From Azolla caroliniana (lineage: Eukaryota > Plantae > Polypodiophyta): a stretch of 64,000 bases of DNA. Below are positions 48,477 to 62,800 of the stretch, one piece after another. The first letter of the stretch is position 1; the number at the start of each line of letters is the position of its first letter. A program made the position numbers and the translations under genes. The notes under the pieces are model-generated. The model saw only the letters and a list, made by a program, of their open reading frames with translations. It was not told where the DNA came from and made no database searches. The DNA is taken from the NCBI GenBank assembly GCA_043228905.1, contig JBHGNT010000016.1:14074001-14138000 (forward strand). Direction: 5' to 3'.

Positions 48477-50496
48477 GGTGGATGGAGATATATTTCTCAA
48501 AGCAATGTGATATTATGCCCACAATTGGAAGATTACATTTGACATCAAATAACTTCACTCGTCATGAGGTTTACCAAGCGTATAAAGATAACATGCTATT
48601 AGAAAGTGTACCTTACATACAATATTGACATTTCAATCGATTATGGAGGTTGTAGTTTAACAATGTGGTCATACCGCATAAGGTCTGAATGGGTGTTTGT
48701 TCTATATGTGCAAGTTTAAAAAACATGGGAAAGAGTGGGAGAACAGATGAAGAAATAAAGAATTATAAGAACTTATTAAAAGAACATCGAGAAAGTCGAG
48801 CGTTGGAAAGATCTAAAGCTATGCAGCACCGACAAAAACCGCTTCAATCACCGGAAAGGTAGATGTTCTTGTTTATAGATGGGATGGATCAAAAAAAACT
48901 TGTTTGCCACATTTTCGAAGGTTGCCGAATGATATTGGAGATGAATGCCTAGTTCAAATGCACTTAGTAGGTTGTCTGTCGTATTGTCACACAATAAGGC
49001 CTTAAGTGTTCCTAACTTATCCTAATATCCACAACGACCCTAATCTTAGAGTAACAGCCAATGTAGAGAGTTTTATAGTCTTGGCAAGGTATTCTCCTGC
49101 CAGTACTATCGTGCAATTAGATAACATGGAAAGAGAAAACAAAAACTCGACTGTGTTCGGTTATTTAAGCATGCTAGTAGAAAGGGGTATATTCAAAAAG
49201 ATTAAGGTGAACGTCTTACTAGTAGGTCACACACATGATCATATAGATCAAATGTTTAGTAGGTTCTTGAAGAAATTAGCAAGATGTGATGCTTTCACAC
49301 TTCCTATGCTGTCAAAGTTGATCACTGAAGTCATACCCTAAAGCCAAAAGTACAACATTTGGATGAAGTTTATGATTTTAAACGCTTCTGCATGGATGGT
49401 AATGGGACTCTACGCAGGGTTCTTGCCCTAGTTAATAATATAATTTTTAACCACGTCTTTCTCATAGAAAGAAGTTCTATAGACCACAACCAGACATTGT
49501 TGTATGCCAAACAATACTCATCTAGTTCACAATGGGAGCCCCAAGAGGGATGTAGGCTTCTATTGCATTTTCTAGATGCGGTACTCCATGGTGCACAACA
49601 AATGCCATATGAATATAAAATATTGGCTCGAGGTAGTTCGATTGAAGAGAAAAAGATACATTGGATGCGGTGCCTTTAAGAGAAATAGAAAATTATTGAG
49701 CGCACCAAGAAGTATGTTGGTGATCAGGATGTTGAATGGTGGGTAAACTTCTATAACCATCAACATACAATTTTAGTTAGCCACTTTGCCGGTTACGAGC
49801 CACTCAAAAATCAATTCAAATGGAATATTGATGACCAATCAATGGTGACCACGACTAGTGTGCAATGAGTAGATAATCCTAACCTGAATAATCTAGTTCG
49901 TCCACAATAGAGAGATATTTATGTGGGGCCAAGAGTATTGTGTGTTGTAGAGGTGAGATGACAAGGCAATCTGCATGAGCTACAAGTTGGTATGTTGGTT
50001 GCAACATTAGCTAGGGGTGATGAGTTCGGCCATCCCTTTTGAATTGGTAAAAACACTGAAATTATTAAGGATAAACAAGGCAATCAAGTTATCTCCATTT
50101 TGAGGTTCATTGGTATCATACGTCTTCCTTAGATGCATTTACTGGGAAGTACTGTTTAGAGATGGTTAAGGATGTTGAAGGCACAAGTAGAAATCTGAAA
50201 AAGAAAAAATATAACGAGCACGTCTACTCCGACTCTTGATAATGTAGACATTCTAGTGTGACTTCACCTTGACCAAAACAGGCCATCTAAGATCAACCAC
50301 AATCAAGATAATAAAAGAGAAGATCCCAGATCTTCCTCCCGATGCAACAAAAAGACGAACAAGGAGTATGTCTCATAATCACGGTGACGTTGGATTGCAA
50401 CTAGATGAAGACAATGTGTTAGTTGCTAGTAATGATGAGGATGAGACCTCACAAAGCTCTCCTAGTTCATCGAATGGGCATAGCTTTGGGAAGTGA
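48477..50496 (+). pseudogene. DUF7869/Sola1-like DNA transposase relic
   Basis: MGVCSIC, FIDGMDQKK, VQLDNMERENKN, LLVGHTHDHIDQMFSR; many stops. Confidence 0.7.
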
Positions 50497-50625
50497 TGGT
50501 TCTGATACATGATTTGTAAGTATTGTATTTTACATCAACATGCTAATTCTCGAATATGTATAAATGTAGGTGGTAGTCCTTTTATAAAATTTGTACATTC
50601 TTTAATAACTTTTGTGTGTCAATTA

Positions 50626-51207
50626 TGTTGGGAAACAGGTCCCTCCAAATGGGAAGAGAAGAACCGATTTGGTGAGTTATCGGCCTCGGCCGAAACCGAA
50701 ATCGAGGACACAAGGGTAATTCGGCCAAGACCGATAGGTTGAGGCTAAAATCGAAATCAAAACCGAAACCGATCGGAAGACTATAATTGTAAATAGTCTA
50801 AAATGCCTCTTGGGGGCTATACTTGTAAATAGCCAGAAAGTTGCTTTTGTTTATAAGCAACTAGGGCAAACTTTATAGTTGTAGTTGATTATTACTGTAA
50901 AGTTAGAATGAGGTAGTTGCCTTTGTAACCGTGAGTGAGAGCGTGAGAGTGTAACTCTGTAGTTGTCAATCAGACGAAGGAGAACTCGAGGTCATTGCTT
51001 CTGAGTTCTATATTTGTACTTTCTCTCTACTATCGTGATCTGTTTTCTCGGGGTTTGTGGACCCCTGTGGTTTTTTTCCCATTTTAGGATTTGCACGTAA
51101 AACATTAGTGTCTCTGTGTCTTCACATTTTTCTGTCTATGTACTAGTTCTTGGTTTCTACACACGAATACGAACGTTTAACCGATTGTGGCAAGATGATT
51201 CCTAACA
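50626..51207. mobile_element. Solo LTR
   Basis: TGTTGGGAA..CCTAACA, TSD AATTA/AATTT; related to 55401-55968. Confidence 0.75.
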
Positions 51208-51399
51208 AATTTAGGCAATTTTTGGAAGCCCTAAAATTTTGGACATGCGATACATGCAGCACCGCCTTTTATTTTACGACCTATTTTCTGCCTTTTTTTT
51301 ACGGTCAGTTCTTAAAACGCAACATATTACCTACTTCTAATGACTAGGTGTTTTCTACTTCTCTGTGTTTTACCTAATTGTGGTTGAGCCGATTGTGTT

Positions 51400-52984
51400 T
51401 TGTTTATAAGCTTCCGCATACGAAACCCTTTACACAGTTCAACTAAGTCCCATGTCTTTGAGATCGCGTAGCATGACTGAACTCACCGAATCATAACTAA
51501 TGATAGGCTCTTGGGTAACTAATCCACTCTATGGATCGCTAGTTAAGTTGCTCTCTAAGTCAGCTTGTATTGAAGTGTTGGTCACAGTTGTACTTTGTAC
51601 CGTAGAGGCAGTTTGCCATGTTACTGCTCTCGCGTGTTGTGTAGGGCCCTGATGAGGAGAAAAAGCATCCAAAAGTGTAACTCTTTTGATTTCAATTTGC
51701 TTTTCGACTTGCTTGTGCATCTCTAGCTCGTTGAAAACGATGTCCGAACTTCAGAAGACTTGTCTGTTTTTCAGATCCTAGAGTCGATAGCCGAACTCAC
51801 CATCGATGCTTAACGAAGAAAAATACATCTCCGGGACCTGGGCTCAATCTTTCTGAAATCATCCTTTGGCACAAGTGTAACAACTTTGCAGTTGAAAATC
51901 CCCAGCTTCTCATAATTCGGCCTCTAGCTTATCTAAAGCTCATGGGAGATTTGAAGTCCTAGAGGCCTACGCCCAGAAACCATTCAATAGTCTGGCATGT
52001 TGCATCATTGCGACAATCCGCTCTTGAATTGTATCATTCATTCCTTCTGCAACACCATTTTGCACCGGACTATAGGGGTTGTAAGATGTGATCTAATGAC
52101 GCATTACTGGAAAAATCTAACGAATTCGTCTAGTTTGCATTCTCCACCATTGTTCGATCGCCAGCATTTCAACTTCCAACTAGATTGGTTTTCAACCATT
52201 GTGAGCAACTCTGAGAAGATCAAGAACACACGATCTTTCATCCTTGTCGGGTATGCTCACACCTTCCTGGTCACGTCTTCCATCAATGTAATGACGTATG
52301 ATGCACCTCTAAGAGACTGATGTGGCATTGGGCCATAGACATTTGAATGGACCAAGTCGAGCAGAATCGAGTCGGAGGTGAGGCGACAGTCTGTTTTTTG
52401 TATTGGTAATGCTTACAGAACTTGTGCTCAGATAATGAGAGCTTCGAGATGCAGACTTTGGATAAATGCGTGATGTTGGCCTTGCTAAGGTGTCCGAGTT
52501 GGGCATGCCATAACGACAACACAGGCATATCTACCAAAAAAGGACATCTTCTCTGAAAGTGACATATAGCGGGTACAATGAATCTACCTTTGGTCCTCGG
52601 GCAATTAGGAGGTTGCCTCTTTAGAGTGTCCAGCCTCTCGTAGAGAAACCAGCATGGATGCTATCTTCTTCTACTTGTCTGACTAAAATCAATGGCCTTC
52701 ACATCTCAGGTATATGCCAGAAGTTGTGCAATACAAGAGTAGAGCAGCTCGGAAGGTTAAGCTCTATTGTGGTGATTGCAATTATTGCAGAGTGTTGCGA
52801 GTTTCTAACTCAGACTAAGTCAGAATGGCGGGTCAAGTACTATCGGAACGGAGATGAACCAACGAAGTTGACTTCATCTAGCTAGCTTCCCTTATGATCA
52901 GCTCTTTGAGCTTTGTTAGTTTTGAACTTGAGGGCATGGCGATTAGCCTTAATGTGTCCAGGCTTCTTGCAATAATTGCAATAT
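51400..52984 (-). pseudogene. pol: Decayed Copia fragment (knuckle-PR-INT), same family as Copia H
   Basis: CNYCKKPGHIKA...KAQRADHKG matches ~61390-61500; LWHAQLGHLS. Confidence 0.75.
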
Positions 52985-53074
52985 TGTAAAAGTCAAATGT
53001 GGAAGCTTATGAACCGACTATTAGTCGGTTATCCGAAAGTTGAACAAAACAGTTTGTTAACAAACAGTTGGTTT

Positions 53075-56000
53075 CCGCTGTTTGCATTAGCGTGCGCTCC
53101 ACCATCTGCTGCTCGGCGTGTTCCTCGGCCATTCGCTATGACACCTTGATCTGCTAAGTCGCTAGAAATTCCATGAGCTCATTTGTGGTACCATATTGCA
53201 ATAACGCACTGAACTCATGTGCCATGTCCGGAATGTCCAAATATGTCAGGACTTCACTTTCCGTCGTAACCACTCCTTTGCCCCGCTACGATTGTGTCGT
53301 AATGATGGGTCGCGGTTCGCGGAATATCTCCAGTGTCGTAGTGGGCTCTGCGGGGGCGGTTGTTTCGGTGGTGACGGCCGTAACTTTTACCAATCCACGG
53401 CCGTCCTTTCGGTCTAATCGTCGTCGTTTGGGTTTGGGACTGTCAGCGGTGGGCTCCTGATCCGATGTTGTCGTGGAGGGTTGCATCTCCGCGCCTTTGG
53501 CCGGTGGCTCCTTCTGTGTCGTCCGTTGGGTGGTAGGAGAAGGTTGTGCTTCTTCCTCCCATTCGGTGGTAGCTAACTTTGCTAGCCGTCGTTTTGCGGA
53601 TCGCGGCTGAGGCGTCGGTTCACTTGGTGTGGGGGCGGGGAGTCTACGAGGGGGAAATAGTACGGTAAGGTACTGTTAAATGATCGGCCGGAGTTTTTTT
53701 CCAGCTTGATACGCATAGAGTCCTTCCCTAAGTGTTGGCCCCATGATTACAACCCACTCTATGGCACGTCCTTCGAAGGTTTCGATGGTGATGCCTGCTT
53801 TTTGTTTAGGCATCCCGTATGCATTGACGTGTACGCACCCGACCTATAGGAGGAACTTAGCGACTTCCCGAAAGAATGGATTTGGAATATCCTTCATTCT
53901 GTATGCTTTAGCTGACATTGAATATTCTCCAAACTATTTCCCGAGTGTTTCTGCAAGAGAAATGTCGAAGTGCTTTTCCCTTATCGCCGATAACCCGAGT
54001 TTCTTCCAAACGGTGCCGTTCGTCACTGTGTCTATATTCAACTTCTTGGCTATGTCAAGAGTCTCAAGGTGCGATGGCACTTCGGCGACCCTGATATAGC
54101 CCTCAAACCCCTTTTCTAGGAGCCATCTGCGTAGAGTTGTAGAGACAGTGATCGGCATCAGGGGTGGATGGGGCTCATGAAGGATAGTCGAAGATTGTAG
54201 GTCATGGTGAGCGCGAGCTCTATTGTATTGTGGAGAGCGAGGCAAGCGCGAAGAGCAAAGAGCAAAGAGAGAGAGGAGAGGTTTGTTGTCTGTAATGCGC
54301 AGAAAGCCTTCTACTTTCCCCTTTTTGTGGTCTAGGGTGCATTGGTCTATGTGGCATTGTAGTGCCACGTGTTCTTGCCCTAGACGTTTGTGCATGCATA
54401 AAGTCCCTTTTAATAGTCATGACTACCTTCTCTCTCTTTTTTCTTTTTCTTTTTAACGGTTAAATACATGATTATTGTTAGAGTATTTTACAAGTGGCCC
54501 CAAGCTTATTAATTATTGTATGGGCCCCTTTGTTGTGGCAGTCACGGCGTGGAATGGGTTCGGAACCCATTTACTTTTTGTCAAAGTACCTCTCCGGCCA
54601 AGGTGCCTAATTGAAAAGTGTCGTTTTCTGCTTCGATTATCCAGTACGGCCCCGTTCAGCAGAATCTTAATTTTCTAGGCATTTGACCCATGCGTGTTTG
54701 AAAGACCAATACGGCCTTTCCAACTGCGAAGCCCTTCTCCCGTGTGACTCGATGTCGATCGACGAATGCTTTACGCCGTCTATGTTCCTGCTCTAGTATG
54801 GCCATACTACGTACCTAAGCCTCTCCTAATTCAAGGAGTTGTTGTAACCGTAGTTGCTCGGATTGGCCTTCCGCTAGGCGGTCTCGCACTTGAATCCGCA
54901 AACATGGTACCTAGAATTCGACGGGCATTACGGCTTCTAAGCCATATGCCAGCCGGAATGGCATAGACTGTATGCTAGTCTTGTAACTAGTCTGATACGC
55001 CCACAAAGTGCTGTGCAATTTAGTGTCCTAGTCTGTTCTATTTTCATTCACGATCTTCTTCAGTATTGTTTGCAAGATTTTGTTCATGGACTCCACTAGT
55101 CCATTTGCTTGTGGATAGTACGGCGTGCTTTTCTTATGGACGACAAGGTAATGGTACGTGAGCTCGTGGATGACTAAATTCAGAAAGTGACTCCCTTGAT
55201 CACTGATGAACTCGATGGGGCAACCAAAATGGCACCAGATGTATTCATACAAAATTTTTGCCATAGATGTTGTCATGTTATCCCGTAGTGCCTTTGCTTC
55301 CACCCACTGGATGCAATAGTCCGTGGCTACCAGAATATATCTATTACCTATTCGTGTTGCTGCTAGTATAAAGGGTCCCACAAAATCAGGACCCCACTTC
55401 TGTTGGGAATATGTCCCTCTAGTGGGAGGATGATCCGACTGTTCGGAAATTCAACAGTCAAAGAGTCGGAAAAGAGGAGCCGAGTTGATGAGGAACTCGG
55501 CCGAGGCCGAAACCAGAATCGTGTAAATAGCCAACTCGGGAGACTATATTTGTACATAGTCTTAGTGTGCGCCCCACGAGGGCTACGTATGTAAATAACC
55601 CGAAAGTTGCGTAAGTATATATGCAACTAGGGCAAACATGTTGATTGAGATGTGACGATGTTGTAGTGTGCAGGAGGGCGTGAGGAAGAGTGTGTGTGTG
55701 AGCCGCACCATAGTTGTGTGAGTAACAGTAGACACGCAGAGCCCTGTGCTGCTAATGCACTCGACAGAGTGTTGTATTTCTCTCGGTGCTTTGTATATCC
55801 ACTATCTATAGTGAAGATTTTGTTCTCCCGTGGTTTTTCCCTTGTTTTAGGGTTTCCACGTAAATCTCTGTGCACCATTGTTTATCTTGTCTATTCTATT
55901 ATTCGGGTGTGATACGTATTTCACCATTGTCACTATTGTGATTTGAATTCCGCGACGATTTCTCATCAACTTCTGGAATGGATCTAGCGGAAGAACGGGT

Positions 56001-59000
56001 TGATGTGGCATTCTCGTGCCCTTTGTGGGCTTACCCAATCGTTGGCATAAATCACACTGCTTCCAATAGAGGTGTGCACCCATTTGCGTGGTCGGCCTCC
56101 ATAGACCGGCTTGCCATATGTTTCTGGCCGTAACATCTCCCGCATAGTGAGCTTCGCGCAAAACAACTTCCTTCTCATCCTGATGTACCCCACGTCGCCA
56201 GATTCCATCACTGCCCTTGTGATACAGTGGTCCTTCGACCAGGCAAAAGTTATGGCTACGAACAGCCAATCGCTTCTTTTCTTCCGTCCTTAATTGTGGC
56301 GGTGGCATTCCTGTAGTAAAAAAGTACGTCATTTCCATTAGCCATTGATCCGGAAGATTTTCTGTTCCCGTGACGATACCATCGCGAGCCGCAGAACATC
56401 TACATCGGGAAAGTCATCGTCATCATCTTTCCTTGTAGTTTACCCGTTATCCACCCTGCTCAAGAAATCTGCTACGACGTGTTGCGTTCCTAGGCGATGT
56501 TGAATTATGAAGTCGAATTCTTGGAACATTAACATCCATCCAGCTAGTTTACTTGTCAACGCCTGTTTCTCCACAAGGTAGAGCAACGCCACATGATCTA
56601 CGTGAAACGTAAATTTTTGCCCCAACAGATAATGGCGGAATTTATTGATGCTATATATCATTCCCAACGCTTCCCATTCTATTGTGGAGTAGTTACATTC
56701 GGCCGTTGATAGTTTTCGACTAGCGTAATAGACCAGTCTGTACCAATTCGGTTCTGTGAGTTGCATCAACGCGCTGCCTATTGCTATATCTGAAGCATCC
56801 ACAAAAACATGGAACAGTTTCACGCAATCCAGTGGTTGTACGACCGGTGCTTGCGTTAAAATTATTTTAAGTGCATCGTACGCTTTTTCTTCAACTACCA
56901 TCCATTTGAAAGGTGTACGGTGTACGGTGGCCTGTAGTGGCGTAGCGAAATCTACCAAATACCGTAGCATACGACTATGCCAACGTATTTGTCCCAAAAA
57001 ACGGCTAAGTGCTTTGGCAATCATTGATGTTTTTGCCTGAATGATCGCGGAAATTTTATTCGGGTTCACTGCTATCCCTTCCTTGCTTACAATGTGGCTG
57101 AGAAGGCCTCCACTAGTGACACCAAATGCGCATTTAGTCGGATTCAGGCTTAAGCGTGAAGTATAGTAGCACTCTAGACAAAGTTGTAAATGACTTAGAT
57201 GTTTGGTTGTTGTCCCATACACCGCAAAATCATCCAGAAACACTTGCAGAAAGGCGGGTATGTATTCCCCAAAAATTTCCATAATTGTTCGCTAGAATGT
57301 GGCAGGCGATGTCTTTAACCCAAACATCATGACTACCACGACATAAACCCCGAGTCGGTGATAAACGTCGTCTTCTCTTGGTCGTCAAGATGCATGTGCA
57401 CTTGATTATATCCACTGAAGCCGTCCAGAAAATTGTACATGTCATGCCCTGCGACTGCGTCTAGTACGTTGTCAGTGAAAGGTAAGGGGTACGCATCTGT
57501 AATAGTTACAACGTTCAATTTCCGATAGTCTACGCAAATGCGGATTTTGGCATTTTTCTTCGGTACTACAACTATAGGGCTTAGCCACGTAGCTTGCTTA
57601 ACTGGTCGAATAAACCATGCCTTGAGAAGTTTGTCAATTTCCTCTTTTACGAGAGCCATGTAATTCGGATTCATGCGATACCGACGCTATTGTATGGGTT
57701 TCACATCGGTAGCTAAGTTGATCTTATGCTGATAAAACTTAGAATCCAACCCCTTCATGTCTTCGTGGAACCAAGCAAAAACATCTTTATATTCCTTGAG
57801 CAGTGCGATCATTGCTTCCTTCTGACTTGGGGGTAAATCCTTTGCAATCGAGAGTACTCGTGGATCCATTGTCATTCCGACGTTGACATCTTCTAATGTT
57901 GAGGCTGAGACTCGCCATGAGATTTCCATTTTTTGGTGAAACGTTGCTCGTGCCCTGCTTACCTCTAGCAATGATTCTGGATCCGGCTCGTACGTCTCTG
58001 GGTGCAGTCCGCAACGGTTTCCATAATATCAATTTCAAATAATGGCGATGTGTCTCCTGGCGTCGTTCATCTTCTGAACTTTCTTCATACCGACGTTGGT
58101 CCTTATACTGCCTATTATGTCCCTGTGGCCATGGTCCATTGAATCCCCCGCGATTGGTTGCAAAACGTCAATTGTTATAACGACACCCCCCTTTATTATA
58201 TCGGTTGTTGCCCCCATATTCCTCGTCCTCCAATTCCTCTTCATCAGAATATAAGTTGTTGTTCCGGCGATTACGGTAATGACAGTCTTCGCCCAGATTT
58301 CGTTCCTTATATCGGAGTCGTTCCTCTTGTCTCCCTTGATCATTTCGGCAAAGTGGCCTCTGTGGTTCTACGCGTCGTACTGTGGGTGTGGGTTTGTTAA
58401 GCATATTGTATTCACACTGCTCGACCGTGTGTGCCTTTGAGTGACAAATTGGGCAATTAATTCGCATATTGCATTCCACCGCGAAATGCCTAGAGTTGCG
58501 ATAGATCGTGCACTAAATAGCCTGGCGGAAGCGATGTTCCTCGTCCTAAGGTAACGCTTGGCGTAATGACGACATGGAAAATCCTTCATCTCTTCTTCCA
58601 ATTCGAGCTATAATGCTCGCTCTATAACCATATCGGTTGTTTCCCCTTTCATATTATGTGTATTCAGTGTCGTTCTGATCGGTCGTCGGAGGGCTGCCAA
58701 AAATGTCTCCTTAGCTTCCTCATATGTTGGGGCCTGTGTAAGCTGTTGTTGCAGACTTTGGAATCGTAGACTAAAATCCGCGACGGATTCTGTTGGCGAT
58801 TGCTTGATGGTGTAAAATTGCCCAATAATCTCTCGTTGCGGTACCCTTCTATGAAGAAATCGCAAAAATGTTGATTGTTGCCAGGTCGTGATTGTTGCCA
58901 AGTCCATCTGAGAGTGCCAGCATGCCGCTCTCCCATCTAGAGTTAATCCGAACTCTGCAATCTTTGATTCGTGTGCTTCTGCTACTGAGAACCGTTGCGC

Positions 59001-59830
59001 CATGTGATTAGCGTTCCAAACATTCAGGAACAACCGGTTGTAGCTTGCGGCGTCTGTTTCGCCGTTGAAGCGTGGATAGGAGAAGGCCATTTCAAACGCT
59101 ATGGTGGGCAGGGAAAGACCATAGTTCTCATGTGGTGATAGGACTTCCTGCTTGACATCGTAGTTTTCAGAACCAAGTGTTCATGACAGCAGTGTTCTGT
59201 GAGGGTGGAGTCGACTTTGTATTCCTGAAGGGAATAGCTATAGCAAGGATTTTGCTTTGCGCGCTCCTCTGTTTGGCGTGTGATGGACCTCGTGAGTGGT
59301 CAGTCTTGCCGAGCCGGTTCTCTGGGTCGTCTACGGCTAGACATCCATCCCTTGTTGTTCGTCTGCAAGAAATCACAGATCACCCGGTGTGCCAAACGTG
59401 TTACCAATACGGAACACTGTCTATCTTCAGTCCTTCGAGATAGACCTCAAGGGGATTGCGTGGCAAGGTATGCCGTTACACGAGGCATGAGTCATACTCC
59501 ATTGGTTGCGTAATAATGTGTATCTCTGGGTGAAAGTTCACGACTACGACCGAGAACCTGAGTGTGCTACTACGCTGACTCTTACCCTACGCTTTCAGAG
59601 ACGCACTTAAGAATAGTACAGAGATTACACAAGACAACACGGGTTGCACAGACAAGGAAAATCAGAGAAGATAGGATTCTACTAGAAAAGAAAACCTCAC
59701 ACTTAAAAATTACACGCTTCCTCTTACAGAGGATTTCTGCCCTTTATATACACAAGGCGTTTAGCCGTTCACGCTTCCGTTACATTTCTTTTCCTAACGC
59801 TTCTTTACGCATTCTGTCCGGCGGACAACA
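53075..59830 (-). mobile_element. Gypsy E (A family): 5' LTR, gag, pol and the first half of the extra ORF; 3'-truncated
   Basis: LTR 59399-59830, PBS tggcacacc, gag 58608..59090, RT/RH 56440..57674, INT 55028..56338, extra ORF starting at 54158. Confidence 0.9.
55401..55968. mobile_element. Solo LTR inserted in the integrase of E
   Basis: TG..CA, perfect TSD ACTTC; removal restores QKWGPDFVGPF. Confidence 0.9.
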
Positions 59831-62800
59831 ATTGTATCTTATGCTCTAGTTGCCTATTTCTCTAAATCTGTTTCTCTATCTATTCATCTAAGGACCTTCA
59901 TAACCAGGAGTGTTGAGATATCGTTCCACAACTAACGGCCTCTTACAACATCTGGTATCAGAGCTTGGCGTTCGTTTTGATTCTGTGGCCATCTACTTTA
60001 TCTCCATTAGTAACTCTTCCTTTGTGCACTCTAAAGATCAGTTCTAGTATCCCTCATTTGGAAACTCTCTACATAATCATATTCAACAAAGAGAGACGCT
60101 TGAAAATCTACACTCCATTGTTCTAAATCACCCTTCAAGTAACCCAGTCGGTGGTACTTTACCCATGTGATTGTAGATGCTCAGAGAGAGATTTCGCCTC
60201 ACAAGATTTGCCTCAATAGTGCTTCATCAGGTTAGATGGCAATCGAATAGGTCATCCAACACTATTCACTAGCTCATCATAACCACTCGTAACAGCTTAG
60301 GCTCTAAATAACAACCCCCATTCATGCTTCATTCGGCGAAACAACATTTAGGAGGACCAATTGGCTCCCCTCCTCACATTGTTGTAGATATTCGAAGTAG
60401 GATCACCTAGATAATCGGGGCACATGATCTGTGATCGGTATCTCAAAATCTTCATTTGATCCAATCCGGTAGTTAATTATGCTCAATTCCACTAGGTGAT
60501 ATTCGGGAAGACCCTCTACTCACCGTAGCCACTCCGAGCAAGTGTAGCACCCAACCGCTTCAATAGTTGAAGTCGATTTGACTGATGTCTAAATCCGCCT
60601 AGGACGATATCAGGTGAGCCAGTTAGCTGCATCCTACCATTGTTCGTAGTCGACTCCGAATAGAGGCTAACAAGCCAATATAGATGGCATCAAATATCCG
60701 GCTCATCAAAGATGAGTCTAAGGAAGTTTGATGGATCGAAGATTAACTTCGGGAAGGAGCAAATGCAAGACTCTCTGATAGTCAAGGGTCAAATCGACCC
60801 AATCGAGTAAGAAAACTCTCCAGAAGAAATCAAGCCTAATGAGTGGAAGAAACTCGATAGAATCATCCAACCCACCATTCAGATGCACTTGTCGGAGTCA
60901 AAGTACTTCACAATGTAATCGTGTCCAGCAACCTTTCAATTATGGACGACACTCTTGAACACTTATGAGAAGAAGGTAGTTGCCACAAAGATATATTTGA
61001 TTCGTCATCTTTACAACCTTCAGATGAAAGAATCCGATTCAGTCCAGCCACACCTCAACGAGTACGAAAGTCTAAGTTCCCAAATCTCGGCTCAAGGGAC
61101 AACAATTGAGGATAAACTAAAGGCCATGCTCTTCATGAGTAGTCTCCCCCCTTCGTGGGAAACTTTCTTCACAACCGTGTGCAACGCGTTGACTGCTGCC
61201 TGGGAGTACTCCAAAGTCACAAGCGCAATATTGACTAAAACTATTTGGAGGAAATCGTTTGCAAACGATTCAGCCAATGAAGCCTATGGAGTACAAGGTT
61301 TGGTTGACCAACCAAAAAGACGAGGAAGAAATTCTTCCCAACTGTCAAACACTAAGCAAAGCCGGAGTAAGTCTCAGGATAATCGAACTTGTAATTATTG
61401 CAAAAAAACGTGGACATATCAAGGCCGACTGTCGCGCCCTCAAAGCCAAAAATGAAAAGGCTCATAGAGTTGATCACAAGGGTGGCCGACTAGAGGAGGT
61501 CAACTATGTCTGCGCATCAGATGAAGTATTGACAAACGACCCTAATATACTATCCATTGAGAACCCAATAGAATTAGAAGTTCTGCTTACAACTAAGGAA
61601 TCGAGCACATGGCTCTTGGAATCGGGCATGTCCTATCATGTAACTCCTCATTGATGCCAATTTCGTCAATATTCAGCCCAACACTCCGACTCAGTCTAAG
61701 TCGGAAATTCGCAACATTATGCCATAGTCGGAATCGGCACTATAGAGCTCAACCTTTCAGGTGTCTCCACACTTGTACTACACAATGTCTGACACATACT
61801 TGAGCTCTTAAGACCTTTGATCTCAGCCAGAAATTTGGAGGAAGATGGCATTTGTGCCAACTTCTCATCAGGAGTGTGAACACCTCATAGGGGGGACCTC
61901 CTGCTTGCTCAAGGTCTGAAAGTATATTCATTGTACTTGTTATATGTCACACTCACAGAGGGTAACTTGCTCCTGGTTGATATTACCATGTCATCACTAT
62001 GGGATGGATGACTCAGACACCTCAGCAAGTCCGGTGTCATGCATCTATCTAGAGCCAGATACATCCCCAAACTCTCCTTCTCCGATCATCAATTTTGCGA
62101 GCATTTCTAGTATCGCAAACAAATAGCCACATCACGCCCGACATCAACAATGAGAGAATCGACCCCCCTTGACTTGGTCCACTCAGATCTTTGTGGCCCC
62201 ATGCCACATCAGTCTCTTGGTGTTGCTCTGTACTTCGTTAGTTTTATCAACGATTCAACTTGGAAGGTATGGGCTTATCTGATCAAAACCAAAGATCAGG
62301 TGTTCTCGATCTTTTCCGAATGGCTCACCATGGTAGAAAAAAAGTCCAGCCGAAATCTAAAATTCCTTCGGACCGACCACGGAGGAGAGTTCAAATCTAA
62401 AGAATTCATTAGATTTTGCAAACAACGCAGCATAAGATGTGAATACACGGTACCATATACTCCTAAGTAGAATGGAATTAGTGAGCGGATGAACCAGACA
62501 ATTCAAGAACAGATAGTATCTATGCTCCACCGCTCTAGACTGTCGGGTGGCTTCTAGGAAGAGGCCCTACTTATGGTAGTACACATAATCAATATTTCAC
62601 CGAGTGGTCGTCTAGGGCTTCAAATTTCTCAAGAATTATGGACATGCAATAAGTTGAATTACAATAAGCTAAGGATTTTCGGATGCGAGGCGTACACCCT
62701 CATACTGAAAGAAAATCATCGAAAACTTGAACCAGGGTCTAGGAAATGAATCTTCCTTGGTTGTGGACCAAATGTTGAAATCAGATAACAAGTCTAGGAC

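Noticed and set aside
52985-53074. Separate element
   Set aside because: Looks like a ~90-bp Copia LTR end but is too short to support; no TSD pair
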